From NCBI GenBank assembly GCA_041946735.1, contig JBHGAY010000018.1, positions 32,001-96,000 of the forward strand: a stretch of 64,000 bases of DNA, given 5' to 3'. Made by a program: the position numbers and the translations under genes. Origin of the DNA: Candidatus Eiseniibacteriota bacterium (GTDB lineage: Bacteria; Eisenbacteria; RBG-16-71-46; CAIMUX01; VGJL01). The notes under the pieces are model-generated. The model was not told where the DNA came from, searched no databases, and saw only the letters and a program-made list of their open reading frames with translations. How positions within the stretch are numbered: the first letter of the stretch is position 1; every line of letters starts with the position of its first letter. Of this stretch, positions 49,473 to 59,100 are shown piece by piece.

Positions 49473-50527
49473 CGCGCCCCGGCCTCCACACCGTTCGCCG
49501 CCGTTCGTTCCCCTCCGGCTTCGCTCGCCAGGAGGGCGGCCGGCCCGGCGCGCGGTCCCGCCTCGAGCCAGGCTCGCAGTGGCCCCCGTTCGAAGAGCCG
49601 GGGGAAGAGAACGCGCCGGACCAGCAGATCGGCGGCCAGCACGTAGGCGATCGCAAGCAGAATGTCGATCAGGTAGTGATGGTTCAAGTAGACGGCCGAG
49701 AACCAGACCCCGAGCGGGAAGAGCGCCACCGGCAGCGCGCGCCGGCCGAAGCGGCGCATCGCGTGGAGGAAGATCAGGAGCGGAAAGGCCGAGTGGAGCG
49801 AGGGGATCGCGGCGAACTTGTTGGGGTTCAGGTGCCGGTACATCGACTCGAACAGCGGGATCCCGATCCAGCGGTCGGTCGCCACGAGGTTGCCCGCCCC
49901 CGCCCCCTTGAAGTTCGCCTCCGGCTGCACGAACCCGAAGTCGCGCACGTACCAGGGCGGCGCGGCCGGATAGGCGAAGTAGGTCGCGAAGCTCGCCCAG
50001 GTGACGATCGAGAAGGCGAGGATGAAGAGGAAGTAGGCGCGGCGGTCTCGCAGCGTGTGCCAGAAGATCCACGCGAGGACGAGCGGGGCCGCCATGTGCA
50101 TCGCGTAGAAACCCGACGCCATCGCGTCGAGGAAGTGGCGCAGAGCGGTGCCGTCGATCCGCTGGCGCCATTCGAGCATCGCGAAGTTCGGGATCGTGCC
50201 GCCGCCGAGCCATCCGAACAGCGCCTGCTCGAGCCGGAACGGCGCGACGATGTGGATCTTCCCCGCGAGATCGTCGGCGATCCCCCGCATCGAGTCGTAG
50301 GCGATCCAGAGGGCGATGAACGGGCTCCAGTCGATCAGGAAGCGGCGGGCGTTGCCGAGGACGAGCGCGACGATCAGCAGCGAGAGGAAGGCGTGATCCG
50401 GCCGCACCTTCATCAGGTTGTCGATCTGCACGAAGTAGAGGACGACCAGGAGAAGGACGACGAGGCGCCAGAGGTTGCCGCGCTCGGCCGGGCGCCGGCG
50501 GCGCCCACCGGCGAACCGTCCGATCAA
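49469..50527 (-). CDS. PAP2_3 / AUR1 (inositol phosphorylceramide synthase-like) membrane phosphotransferase
   Basis: [18 protein letters not shown] and NHHYLID motifs; multiple TM helices; TTG start overlaps the accA stop. Confidence 0.85.
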   Translation of the reverse strand: MIGRFAGGRRRRPAERGNLWRLVVLLLVVLYFVQIDNLMKVRPDHAFLSLLIVALVLGNARRFLIDWSPFIALWIAYDSMRGIADDLAGKIHIVAPFRLEQALFGWLGGGTIPNFAMLEWRQRIDGTALRHFLDAMASGFYAMHMAAPLVLAWIFWHTLRDRRAYFLFILAFSIVTWASFATYFAYPAAPPWYVRDFGFVQPEANFKGAGAGNLVATDRWIGIPLFESMYRHLNPNKFAAIPSLHSAFPLLIFLHAMRRFGRRALPVALFPLGVWFSAVYLNHHYLIDILLAIAYVLAADLLVRRVLFPRLFERGPLRAWLEAGPRAGPAALLASEAGGERTAANGVEAGAR

Positions 50528-51492
50528 CGCGACCCGTTCTCGGCGAAGACGCCCATCCGCAGATACATCGCGTGGCGCTGCTTGAGCAGATCCTCGGGGG
50601 AGAGCGACGTCAGCCGCTCGAGGCTCGCGCGGATCTCGCCGCGCGCGATCTCCGCCATCGCCTCGACGTCGCGGTGGGCGCCGCCCAGCGGCTCGCGCAC
50701 CACGCGCGTGATGAGCGAGAGCGAGGAGAGATCCGGAGCGGTGAGCTTCAGCGCCTCGGCCGCATCCTGGGCTTTCGCCTGGTCCTTCCAGAGAATCGCG
50801 GCGCACCCCTCGGGGGAGATGACGGAGTAGATCGCGTTCTCGAACATCAGGACCTCGTCGCCGACCGCGATCGCGAGCGCGCCGCCCGAGCCTCCCTCGC
50901 CGATGATGAGCACGAGGATCGGCACGCGGATCGCGGCCATCTCGAGGATGTTCCGCGCAATCGCCTCCGCCTGCCCGCGTTCCTCGGCCCCGATCCCCGG
51001 AAAGGCTCCGGGCGTGTCGATGAAGCAGATGATCGGATTGTGGAACTTCTCGGCGAGGCGCATCAGCCGGAGCGCTTTGCGGTATCCCTCGGGATGCGGC
51101 ATCCCGAAGTTCCGCATCAGGTTCTCCTTCGTGTTGCGCCCCTTCTGATGTCCGACGACCACGACCGGGCGGCCCTCGAAGCGGGCGAGGCCCGCGACGA
51201 TCGCGCGGTCCTCTCCGAAACGGCGGTCGCCGTGCAGCTCGGTCCAGTCGGTGAAGAGCCGCTGCACGTAGTCGAGGGTGTACGGACGGCGCGGATGGCG
51301 GGCGATCTGGACACGTTGCCAGGAGGTCAGGTTCGCGTAGATCTCGCCGCGCAGCCTCTCGGCTCGCGCCTCCAGGCGGTGCAGCTCCTCGCTGAACTCC
51401 AGGTTCTCCTTGTCGGCGAACGCCCGCAGATCCTCGATCTTCTGCTCGAGTTCGATGATCGGCTTCTCGAACTCCAGCCAGCCCGTCTCCAT
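50524..51492 (-). CDS. accA: Acetyl-CoA carboxylase carboxyltransferase alpha subunit
   Basis: [48 protein letters not shown]. Confidence 0.97.
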   Translation of the reverse strand: METGWLEFEKPIIELEQKIEDLRAFADKENLEFSEELHRLEARAERLRGEIYANLTSWQRVQIARHPRRPYTLDYVQRLFTDWTELHGDRRFGEDRAIVAGLARFEGRPVVVVGHQKGRNTKENLMRNFGMPHPEGYRKALRLMRLAEKFHNPIICFIDTPGAFPGIGAEERGQAEAIARNILEMAAIRVPILVLIIGEGGSGGALAIAVGDEVLMFENAIYSVISPEGCAAILWKDQAKAQDAAEALKLTAPDLSSLSLITRVVREPLGGAHRDVEAMAEIARGEIRASLERLTSLSPEDLLKQRHAMYLRMGVFAENGSR

Positions 51493-51524
51493 TCCCCTCC
51501 CCCTCTCCTCGGCCGCCCGCTCCG

Positions 51525-53831
51525 CTACGGCGCCTGCACCAGCGTGAAGCTCGAGAGCCGCCGGGCCGCGTTCCCGGCGCGATCCCGAGCGCGCATCTCC
51601 CACAGGTGCCTTCCCGGCTCGACCGGATTCTCGGGCCGCGCCGTGACCGTCCGGGACCAGGGGTTCCACGCCGACGGCAGCGGACGGCCGTCGAGCAGGA
51701 TCGACAGATCCTTCGCGCGCAGCCCCGAGCCCTCTTCCCTCACTCGGACCTGCAGGGTCGGGACCGTCGCCACTCGCTCCCCGGGCGCCGGCACCAGAGC
51801 GTAGATCCAAGGCTCCGTCCGATCTTCCAGAAGGATCCATTCCTCGAGTCGATCGACGACGGCCACGACGGCGCTACCTGTCCAGACGCCGCCGCGGCAG
51901 ATCCAGGGACTTCCCGGATCCCTCCTCCCGTAAATCGCGAGCCGCGCCGCCTCCTCTCCGGTGTCGGGCGGCGTCCGGGGGCGCAGCGTCACCCGGAAGA
52001 AGCCATCCAGTTCGAGATCGCCGGGCTCGAGGCGGTAGGAATCGCTCGCCACCCGGAGCACCTCGTCTTGCCCGGCCGAGGGACGCGGAACCTGCAGATC
52101 CTTCGGAGCGACGATCTCCTCGGGCCGCTCGGTCCTGGTCCATTCCAGCCACACGGGCGCGTAGAACGTAGCAGCCGGGATCTCGACGGTCAACGCGCCG
52201 TCCGGCGAGGTCCAGAGCATCTCGGACGATGGGGTGCCGAGGAGTAGCTGCGGGAGGTCCCAGGTCTGTTGTGACGCCTGGTCGAGAGAGAGGGAGAAGC
52301 GGGGCGAGCGTCCGGACGCGCCGCGCCGCGCCGGGATCGCGAAGCGCCAGGACCGGTCCCCTTCCCCCGGCGGGACCTCGATCGGCTCGTGGACCGACCG
52401 GCGGCTGTCGACGATCCAGATCGCCTTGGGCATCTCGGACGGCAGGCAAGGGGGATCGACGGAGAGCTCGCACCAGCGCGGGCGTGCGCGCGCCCGAGGA
52501 GCCGCGGCCTCGCCTGCCGGGCACGGGAACGAGGCGTCGAGCCGCACCGCCGGCTCCCACGCCTCGATCCCCTGCTGCATCTGCATCCGCACGCGCACTC
52601 CCATCGGTCCCGACGGCTTCAGCGAGGCCACTTCTCCGAGGAACCATCCCTCGCCAAGGTGGCCGAGAAGGGAGCGCACCGGGAAGCGGCGTCCATCCTC
52701 GGTGAGATCGACCCAGACCCGAAAGGTCTCGGGATCGGTGGCGGGGCCGGTCGCGACGCGGACTCCGAGATCCCACGATCCGCCTCCCAGGGGGCGCGAG
52801 ATCCATTCGACGACGCGGGGAGGTGCTTGCACGAGCAGGATCGTGTCGACGCTGTCGGCGTTGCCGGCGGCGTCGAGCACGGAGATCCGCAGCCGGTGCC
52901 GGCCGGGAGCGACGGAGGTGCCGCACAGCAAACTCCCTCGATCTCCCAGCGGAGGCTCGTAGAGCCGTTGCCGGAGCGTGTCGGGGAATTCCGGGTCGGG
53001 AGCGTCGGGCAGGATCTCGGCTCCGGCGATGCGGCGCCCGATGTCTCCCGCGTACTGCAGCCTCCCATCCACCGTCATTCGGAGCGCCCAGGGAGCGGCG
53101 CGCTCCGCGCCGGCCGGATCGTCCGCCTCGGTCTCGATCCCGATCGGCCCCCACACGACCGACTCCGCGAGCGGCGCGTCGTTCTTGCGCTCGGCCGGCA
53201 AAGCGAGACGCAACGGGGCGAGGCGCCCTTGCACCCGGGATGCGGCAGCGAGCGGAACGATTCGGATCGCGCGGATACGCGGCGGCGACGGATCCGGAAG
53301 CGCGCAACCCTCGGTCAGAGGATTGCGCGGCGTGCCGTCCTTCCACACCTCGAGATGGAGGATCGGGCGCCCGGCCTCCGTCTCCCCCGTCCTGCCGATC
53401 CATTCGCCGCGGGAGACGGGGAAGCTGCCGCGCGCCGGCCTCCAGTCGAGCTCGTAGGAGCCGGCCGCGCGCTGGCGCCGGTCGCAGGAGTCCTCGATCG
53501 CAGGCGGGAACGAGGAGAGATGGGCGTAGACGACCTCGCGCCCGTCGGCGAGCCGGAGATGAAGGCAGCGCCCGTAGCCGCCGCCGCTCACCCGCACGCG
53601 AACGATCTCGCCGTCGGCGGCGGCGGCGATCGGCTGCGCTGCGCCGAGCGTCGGCAGGTCGATCCCCGGATGCACCACCCCCGGCGCCAACTCGCCGTAG
53701 GTGGCGACCGGCGCGAGGCTGCGCGGCAGAGGGGGAAGCAGATCGCTCGGGCGGGCGAAGGCGGCCACCGAAAGCCAGGGAATCGAGCAGAGGACCGCAG
53801 TCGCAGGGACGATCGGCAGCCCTGCGCTCAC
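51525..53831 (-). CDS. Secreted M23 peptidase family protein with a long C-terminal extension
   Basis: Signal peptide; YGE...HPGIDL, GGYGR, VYAHL, GRTG...PILHLEV; C-terminal Ig-like DRAGN. Probable GTG start at 53831. Confidence 0.78.
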   Translation of the reverse strand: MSAGLPIVPATAVLCSIPWLSVAAFARPSDLLPPLPRSLAPVATYGELAPGVVHPGIDLPTLGAAQPIAAAADGEIVRVRVSGGGYGRCLHLRLADGREVVYAHLSSFPPAIEDSCDRRQRAAGSYELDWRPARGSFPVSRGEWIGRTGETEAGRPILHLEVWKDGTPRNPLTEGCALPDPSPPRIRAIRIVPLAAASRVQGRLAPLRLALPAERKNDAPLAESVVWGPIGIETEADDPAGAERAAPWALRMTVDGRLQYAGDIGRRIAGAEILPDAPDPEFPDTLRQRLYEPPLGDRGSLLCGTSVAPGRHRLRISVLDAAGNADSVDTILLVQAPPRVVEWISRPLGGGSWDLGVRVATGPATDPETFRVWVDLTEDGRRFPVRSLLGHLGEGWFLGEVASLKPSGPMGVRVRMQMQQGIEAWEPAVRLDASFPCPAGEAAAPRARARPRWCELSVDPPCLPSEMPKAIWIVDSRRSVHEPIEVPPGEGDRSWRFAIPARRGASGRSPRFSLSLDQASQQTWDLPQLLLGTPSSEMLWTSPDGALTVEIPAATFYAPVWLEWTRTERPEEIVAPKDLQVPRPSAGQDEVLRVASDSYRLEPGDLELDGFFRVTLRPRTPPDTGEEAARLAIYGRRDPGSPWICRGGVWTGSAVVAVVDRLEEWILLEDRTEPWIYALVPAPGERVATVPTLQVRVREEGSGLRAKDLSILLDGRPLPSAWNPWSRTVTARPENPVEPGRHLWEMRARDRAGNAARRLSSFTLVQAP

Positions 53832-54092
53832 CTTCCGCGTCCGGCGCCATTGCCGATTGCAGATCCGGCGCGCGGAAGATGCATCTTGCGAGGCGCGCGC
53901 GAGCGCCTGCCGCGGGGAGCGTTCCACACCGGCCGGACATTCGAGCCGGAACCGGCGCCGCGCGCCGTCCGCAGCGGACCGCGACCCATCCCGCATCTTC
54001 CCACCTGGATGCGCGATCCCTCCTCGTGCGGATCGATCCTCAGCCCTCGAGGGCGGCCTGCCGATACCTTGGGCGATTTCCCCACCGGCATT

Positions 54093-54108
54093 CGGCACGC
54101 GGATTGCA
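54093..54108 (+). promoter_or_regulatory. Sigma-54 (-24/-12) promoter
   Basis: CGGCACGCGGATTGCA, exact GG-N10-GC spacing, about 85 nt upstream of ATG 54192. Confidence 0.65.
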
Positions 54109-54191
54109 CCTCGGGACCGCACCAGGGCGGATCGAACGAGCGGGGCAAGGCCCCCCGCGAACCGCCGACCGAGTGGAAGGAGGACCCAGGC

Positions 54192-54728
54192 ATGTGCGTT
54201 CGTCGTGACCGACCTAGCTGGCAGCGGTACGTTCCAGCCGCCGCTGTTCTCGTTCTGTCCCTCGTCGCCGGCTGCGGCATCGACCGCATCCCTTCGAATC
54301 CCGCCGGACCGATCGACGAGGCTCCGCCGCTCGTCCCGACCGGCTTCCAGGTCACGGCGACGAGCGACAACAAGTTCGTCCTCTCGTGGCTCGACAACAC
54401 AGAAGCGGATCTCGCCGGCTATCGCGTATACCGATACGACCCGCGAACCGAGATGGTCAGCTCGTTGACTCCCCATGCTCCTCTCACCACCCCGTCGATC
54501 ACGGTCGCGGGGACCTACGGGGAGACATACTACTTCCGCTTCTCCGCCGTCGATGCAAGCAATAACGAGAGCGCGCTCAGCCCCTCGTTCCAGTACCTGT
54601 TCGACGCGACGCGCCAGCAGGCTTCGGTCCCGGGATCGGGAGGGGACGGCCCGCGCTTCCCGGAGGAGCCGAGTCCGGATCACGACGATCTGCCGGCGAG
54701 CGACGGCCGCATCCATAGAGAGCTGTAG
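54192..54728 (+). CDS. Fibronectin type III-like lipoprotein
   Basis: Lipobox LVAGC; LSW..NTEADLAGYRVYR...YYFRFSAVDASNNES FN3 pattern; SD GGAGGA. Confidence 0.78.
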   Translation: MCVRRDRPSWQRYVPAAAVLVLSLVAGCGIDRIPSNPAGPIDEAPPLVPTGFQVTATSDNKFVLSWLDNTEADLAGYRVYRYDPRTEMVSSLTPHAPLTTPSITVAGTYGETYYFRFSAVDASNNESALSPSFQYLFDATRQQASVPGSGGDGPRFPEEPSPDHDDLPASDGRIHREL

Positions 54729-54925
54729 CAAGAGAGTCGCAGCACCCAGCAAAAGGAAGGGTCCGCCGATCCTGCCTCCTCCTGGTGTTCGTGGAGCGGG
54801 GGCGTGCCGCGAGGGGTTCCGCGGCCACCCCCGCTCGATCGTTGCTCGCGCATTCCTCGATCGCGGTTCGCGGAGCCGCTCCTGGATCGCGAAAGTCTCG
54901 GGCGCGCCCCGAACGCGCCGCGCGC

Positions 54926-54954
54926 TTGACCGCCGCCGGCCGCCGACCTAGATT
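54926..54954 (+). promoter_or_regulatory. Sigma-70 promoter giving a probable leaderless pyrE mRNA
   Basis: TTGACC-17 nt-TAGATT, 7 nt before ATG 54962; no SD. Confidence 0.65.
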
Positions 54955-54961
54955 GCCCGCC

Positions 54962-55543
54962 ATGGAAACGAACCGTTCGACCGAGGCGAGCCGCTCCGGC
55001 CTCCTGGATCAGATCCTGAAGCTCTCCTTTCAGAGGGGTCGCTTCACGCTCTCGAGCGGAGCGATCAGCGACTACTACCTCGACCTGCGCCGTACGACGC
55101 TCGATCCTCATGGCCTTCGCGCCGCGGTCGAAGCGCTCTGGCCGGTGATCGAGGAGGAAGCGATCACGGCCGTCGGCGGCCCGACCCTCGGAGCCGATCC
55201 GATCGTCGCAGGGCTCATCCTCGAATCGCGGACTCGAGGCGGGCACCTGCAGGGCTTCCTCGTCCGCCCTGCGGTGAAGGATCACGGCACCGGGCGCCAG
55301 ATCGAAGGCCACTGTCCCGCCGGCGCGCGGGTCGCCGTCCTGGACGATGTCGTCACGCGTGGCGGATCGATCCTGCGCGCGGTCGACGCCGCGCGGAGCG
55401 CCGGGGCCGAGGTCGCGCTCGCTCTGGCTCTCGTCGACAGGGAAGAAGGAGGCCGCCAGGCGCTCGAGCAGGAAGGGATCCGCCTCTTCGCGCCGCTACG
55501 CGTCGCGCAGGTGCTCGAGGAAGCGGCCCGGCGCGGGCTCTGA
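54962..55543 (+). CDS. pyrE: Orotate phosphoribosyltransferase
   Basis: FTLSSG..SDYYLD, KDHG, PRPP motif VLDDVVTRGGS, LVDREEG. Confidence 0.93.
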   Translation: METNRSTEASRSGLLDQILKLSFQRGRFTLSSGAISDYYLDLRRTTLDPHGLRAAVEALWPVIEEEAITAVGGPTLGADPIVAGLILESRTRGGHLQGFLVRPAVKDHGTGRQIEGHCPAGARVAVLDDVVTRGGSILRAVDAARSAGAEVALALALVDREEGGRQALEQEGIRLFAPLRVAQVLEEAARRGL

Positions 55544-55545
55544 CG

Positions 55546-56016
55546 ATGCGCGTCGTCTGCCCGCATTGCGGCCGGGCGATCGATCGGCTTCCGGTCGTGC
55601 CGTCGACCGTCGACGCGATCCTCGAACTGGAGCCGGGCAAGGTCGTGCTGATCGAGAGGCGTTTCGAGCCGCTCGGCTGGGCGCTTCCCGGCGGGTTCGT
55701 CGATCCGGACGAGTCGCTCGAGAGCGCGTGCCGCCGGGAGGTGCGCGAGGAGACGTCTCTCGAGGTCGTTTCCCTGCAGCAGATGCACACCTACTCCGAG
55801 CCGGGACGCGACCCGCGCCGCCACACGATCTCCACCGTCTTCGTCGCGCAGGCGACCGGCAAGCTCGAGGCCGGCGACGACGCGGGCGGCGCCGCGCTCT
55901 TCTCCCTCGATTCGCTCCCCCGCCCGATCTGCTTCGATCATGAGCAGATCCTCGAGGACTTCCGAACGGGCCGCTGGGGGATCGCGCCACGCGGCAGGCC
56001 TTCCCGCAGCCCCTAG
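55546..56016 (+). CDS. NUDIX hydrolase (ADP-ribose pyrophosphatase-like)
   Basis: WALPGGFVDPDESLESACRREVREET Nudix box, RDPR, FDH. Confidence 0.9.
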   Translation: MRVVCPHCGRAIDRLPVVPSTVDAILELEPGKVVLIERRFEPLGWALPGGFVDPDESLESACRREVREETSLEVVSLQQMHTYSEPGRDPRRHTISTVFVAQATGKLEAGDDAGGAALFSLDSLPRPICFDHEQILEDFRTGRWGIAPRGRPSRSP

Positions 56017-56152
56017 CTTCCCCCGACCCGATTCTGCGGTTATGATCCAGCGCGAGGACGGTCGGCAGCCGGGACGGCCTCCCCCACACGATCCGATCGG
56101 GGTTGGATGGCGTCTCCCTCGGGGAGAAGAGCGGAGGCGCGCGGGAGGAACG

Positions 56153-59100
56153 ATGAACGTGCTGCTCCGCACCGCTGCCGCGATGGCTGCCGCATTGGCG
56201 GCCCTTCTCACCTCCGCATACGCCGCCGCCTGCGCCGCCGTCTGCGTTGCCATCGACGCTGCCACCGACGCTGCCGTCCGCGCCGCCGCCTCCGCGGGAG
56301 TCTTTGCCGTCTTCCTCGCAGCGTCTTTCTCCGCTCCCGCTCTGGCAGACGCTCCCCCCGAACAGCTGCTCCACGACGAGATCGACGGCCAGGAGTACCA
56401 GACAGCCGTGACCGCGGCCACGCATCCGGACGGGTCGTGGACGACCGTCTGGGTGGACTACCGCTCCGGCTACCCCGCGCTCTTCTCGCGCATCTTCGAG
56501 GCGAACGGATCGGCGCGCGGCGATGGGAACCGTCTCACGGACGGACGTTCCCTCTTCCAGCTCGATCTCAACGCCGCGCAGGTCGGCGAGCCGTCGATCG
56601 TGAGCCTCGGCGACGGTCGTTCCCTGCTCGTTTGGGACGACGAGCGCGACGACCGCGACCGCATCCGCGCCGCTCTCCTCGACACCGAGGGAAGGGTGAC
56701 GGCGACGCGCACCGTCTCGAGCGATTCCCGCCCTGACTCGCGCTCCCGGCCGCAGGTCGCGATCTCGGGCGATCGAGCCCTCGTCGTGTGGCGGGAGGGA
56801 GAAGCGTCCTTCTCACGCGTCTGGGGGCAGCTGATCGCGCTCGACCTCGACCTCATCCTCCCGGGGAACTTCCGCATCGACCCGGAGCAGGACGTGCGGC
56901 AGGCCGATCCCCGCGTGATCCCCTCGCAAGACGGTTGGATCGTCGCGTGGGTGGAAGGCGACGCGGAGGCTCGCGTGCGCCTCCAGCGGCTCGATTCGAT
57001 CGGCACGGCGCAGGGGGATCCGGCGGGCGTCGAGGAGCAGCCGGGCTGGTCGCAGGGGCAGCCGGCCGTGCTTGCGGTCGACGACGGCGCCTTCGTCGTC
57101 TGGACCTCGTCGAACGAAGGTCAGGTGGACCTCCGCGCCGTGACGCTCGACGAGAATCTGCAGCCGCTCTCCCCCGCATTCGCCGTGATCTCGCTCGGAG
57201 CGACCGTGACGCCGAGCGATCCCGCCGCCGGACGCCTCGATGCGACGACGCTGCTCGTCCTGTGGACGGGAGGGCCGGCCAGCCACTCGCGCTTCTACGA
57301 GCGGCGCGTCGAGCTTCCCGGCTCCCCTGAGGGCGACTTCGCGATCGTCGACGATCCGGAGAATCCGCCGGGCGACGTGCTGATCCCGCACAGCCTCGGC
57401 ACGGCGGGCGGCGGGGATCTCCCGCTGCGTCTCTCCTGGTCGGACGACCGCGACGGATGGCAGTCGGTCTTCCAGGTGGAGGTAGGAGAGGACGGCTCTC
57501 CCCAGGCCGATCCCGAGCGGATCGAGCCGGTGGAGGGGTCGGCGAGTCAGGTGCTCCCCTCGGTCGACCTCTTCGCCGACGGGCGCGCCTTCGCCGTATG
57601 GGAGGACTTCCGCTCCGGCGCGCTCTCGATCTACGGTCGCTATCTCGACGACCAGGGACGGCCCGCCGGAGCCGCCGCGTTCCGCATCAGCGAAGGGACC
57701 GGCGGCTCCGTGAGCGCGCCGTCGGAGAACCTCCGCGATCTTCTGCGCAACCGGCCCTCCGTCGGCGCGCTCGCCGACGGCCGCGCGGTCGTCGCGTGGA
57801 CGGCGATTCTGCCCGGCGGAAGGCCGAGCGTCGCGCTGCAGAACTTCGAAGCTTCGGGCGAACCGCTCGGGAACAACAGCGGGTTGCCGGAGGTGCCGGA
57901 GGCGCGGCAGTCCGACCCGCGAATCCTGCCGCTGCCGAACGGCCAGTACATGATCGTCTGGCGCGACACCTCCTTCGAGACGGCCGGCGACATCGTCGGG
58001 CAGATCTTCGACAGCGACGGGACGCCGGCCGCCGGGGAGGACACGATCCAGATCGTGCCCGCGCGCTACCGCGGAGCCTCGCAGTACGGCCCGGCGGTCG
58101 CCTCGGCGGACGCGGGCGAAGTCCTGGTCGCCTGGCTCGACGACCGCGCGCTGCTCGGCAACTACGACGTCTACGCGCAGCGGTTCAACCAGTCGGGACA
58201 GAAGATCGAGTCGAATTTGCGGATCACCCCGCCTGAGGGCACCCGGCCCATCGTCCAGGCGAACGTGACCGCCGGAGCGTCGGCCGATCGCTACGTCGTG
58301 GCGTGGGACGAGGACCCGCTCGGGACCGGCACGATCGCCGGCAAGCTGGTCGTCCTGCCGACGCTGAAGAACGGCGCCGGCGACAGCGGCGGCCGCGGCG
58401 GCGACGCCAGCAGCAGCAGCGGTAGCGGCAGCGCCACCGGCGGGCAGGCGATGGCGGACGAGTATCCGTTCCTGATCGGCAACGGGCAGCCCGGCTACAA
58501 GTACCCGAGCGTCGCGATGGAGCCGGGCGGGCGCTTCGTCGTCCTCTACTGGGACACGTCGGCCGATTCGGTGCGCGCGATGGCGCAGCGCTTCGACGAG
58601 CAGGCGAGGCCGATCGGCGAGCCGTACGCGGTCGCCGCGCCCGGCGGGGCGATCGCCTCGATTCCCGGCGCCGTCGCCGCGGACGACGCGCAGATCCAGT
58701 TCGTGACGTTCGACTCGCGTCGCGATCGAGGCTGGGACGTGCGCGCGCGGCGGGTCGACTGGAGCTTCGCCGGCGACGTGACGGCGATCCAGATCGCCGG
58801 CGCTTCGCTGCTCGCGCGGGAAGACGGGCTCGCGCTCTCCTGGTCGGTCCCGATCGATCGGGCCGGGGCCGCCTTCCGTGTCTGGCGCCAGGCCGATCCG
58901 GCCGGCGAGCCGGGGCCGGCGCCGGGCGACGGCGCGTGGCTCCTCGAGGAGGCGTGGCTTCGACCGTCCTCTCCCGGAGGCGCCGACTACTTCTTCCTCG
59001 ATGCCGAAGCGCGCCCGGGCATGCGCTACGCGTACTGGATCGAGGACGAAGAAGGCTCGTTCGCCGGACCGTGGATCGGCGAGCGCCCGGGCGGCGCCGC

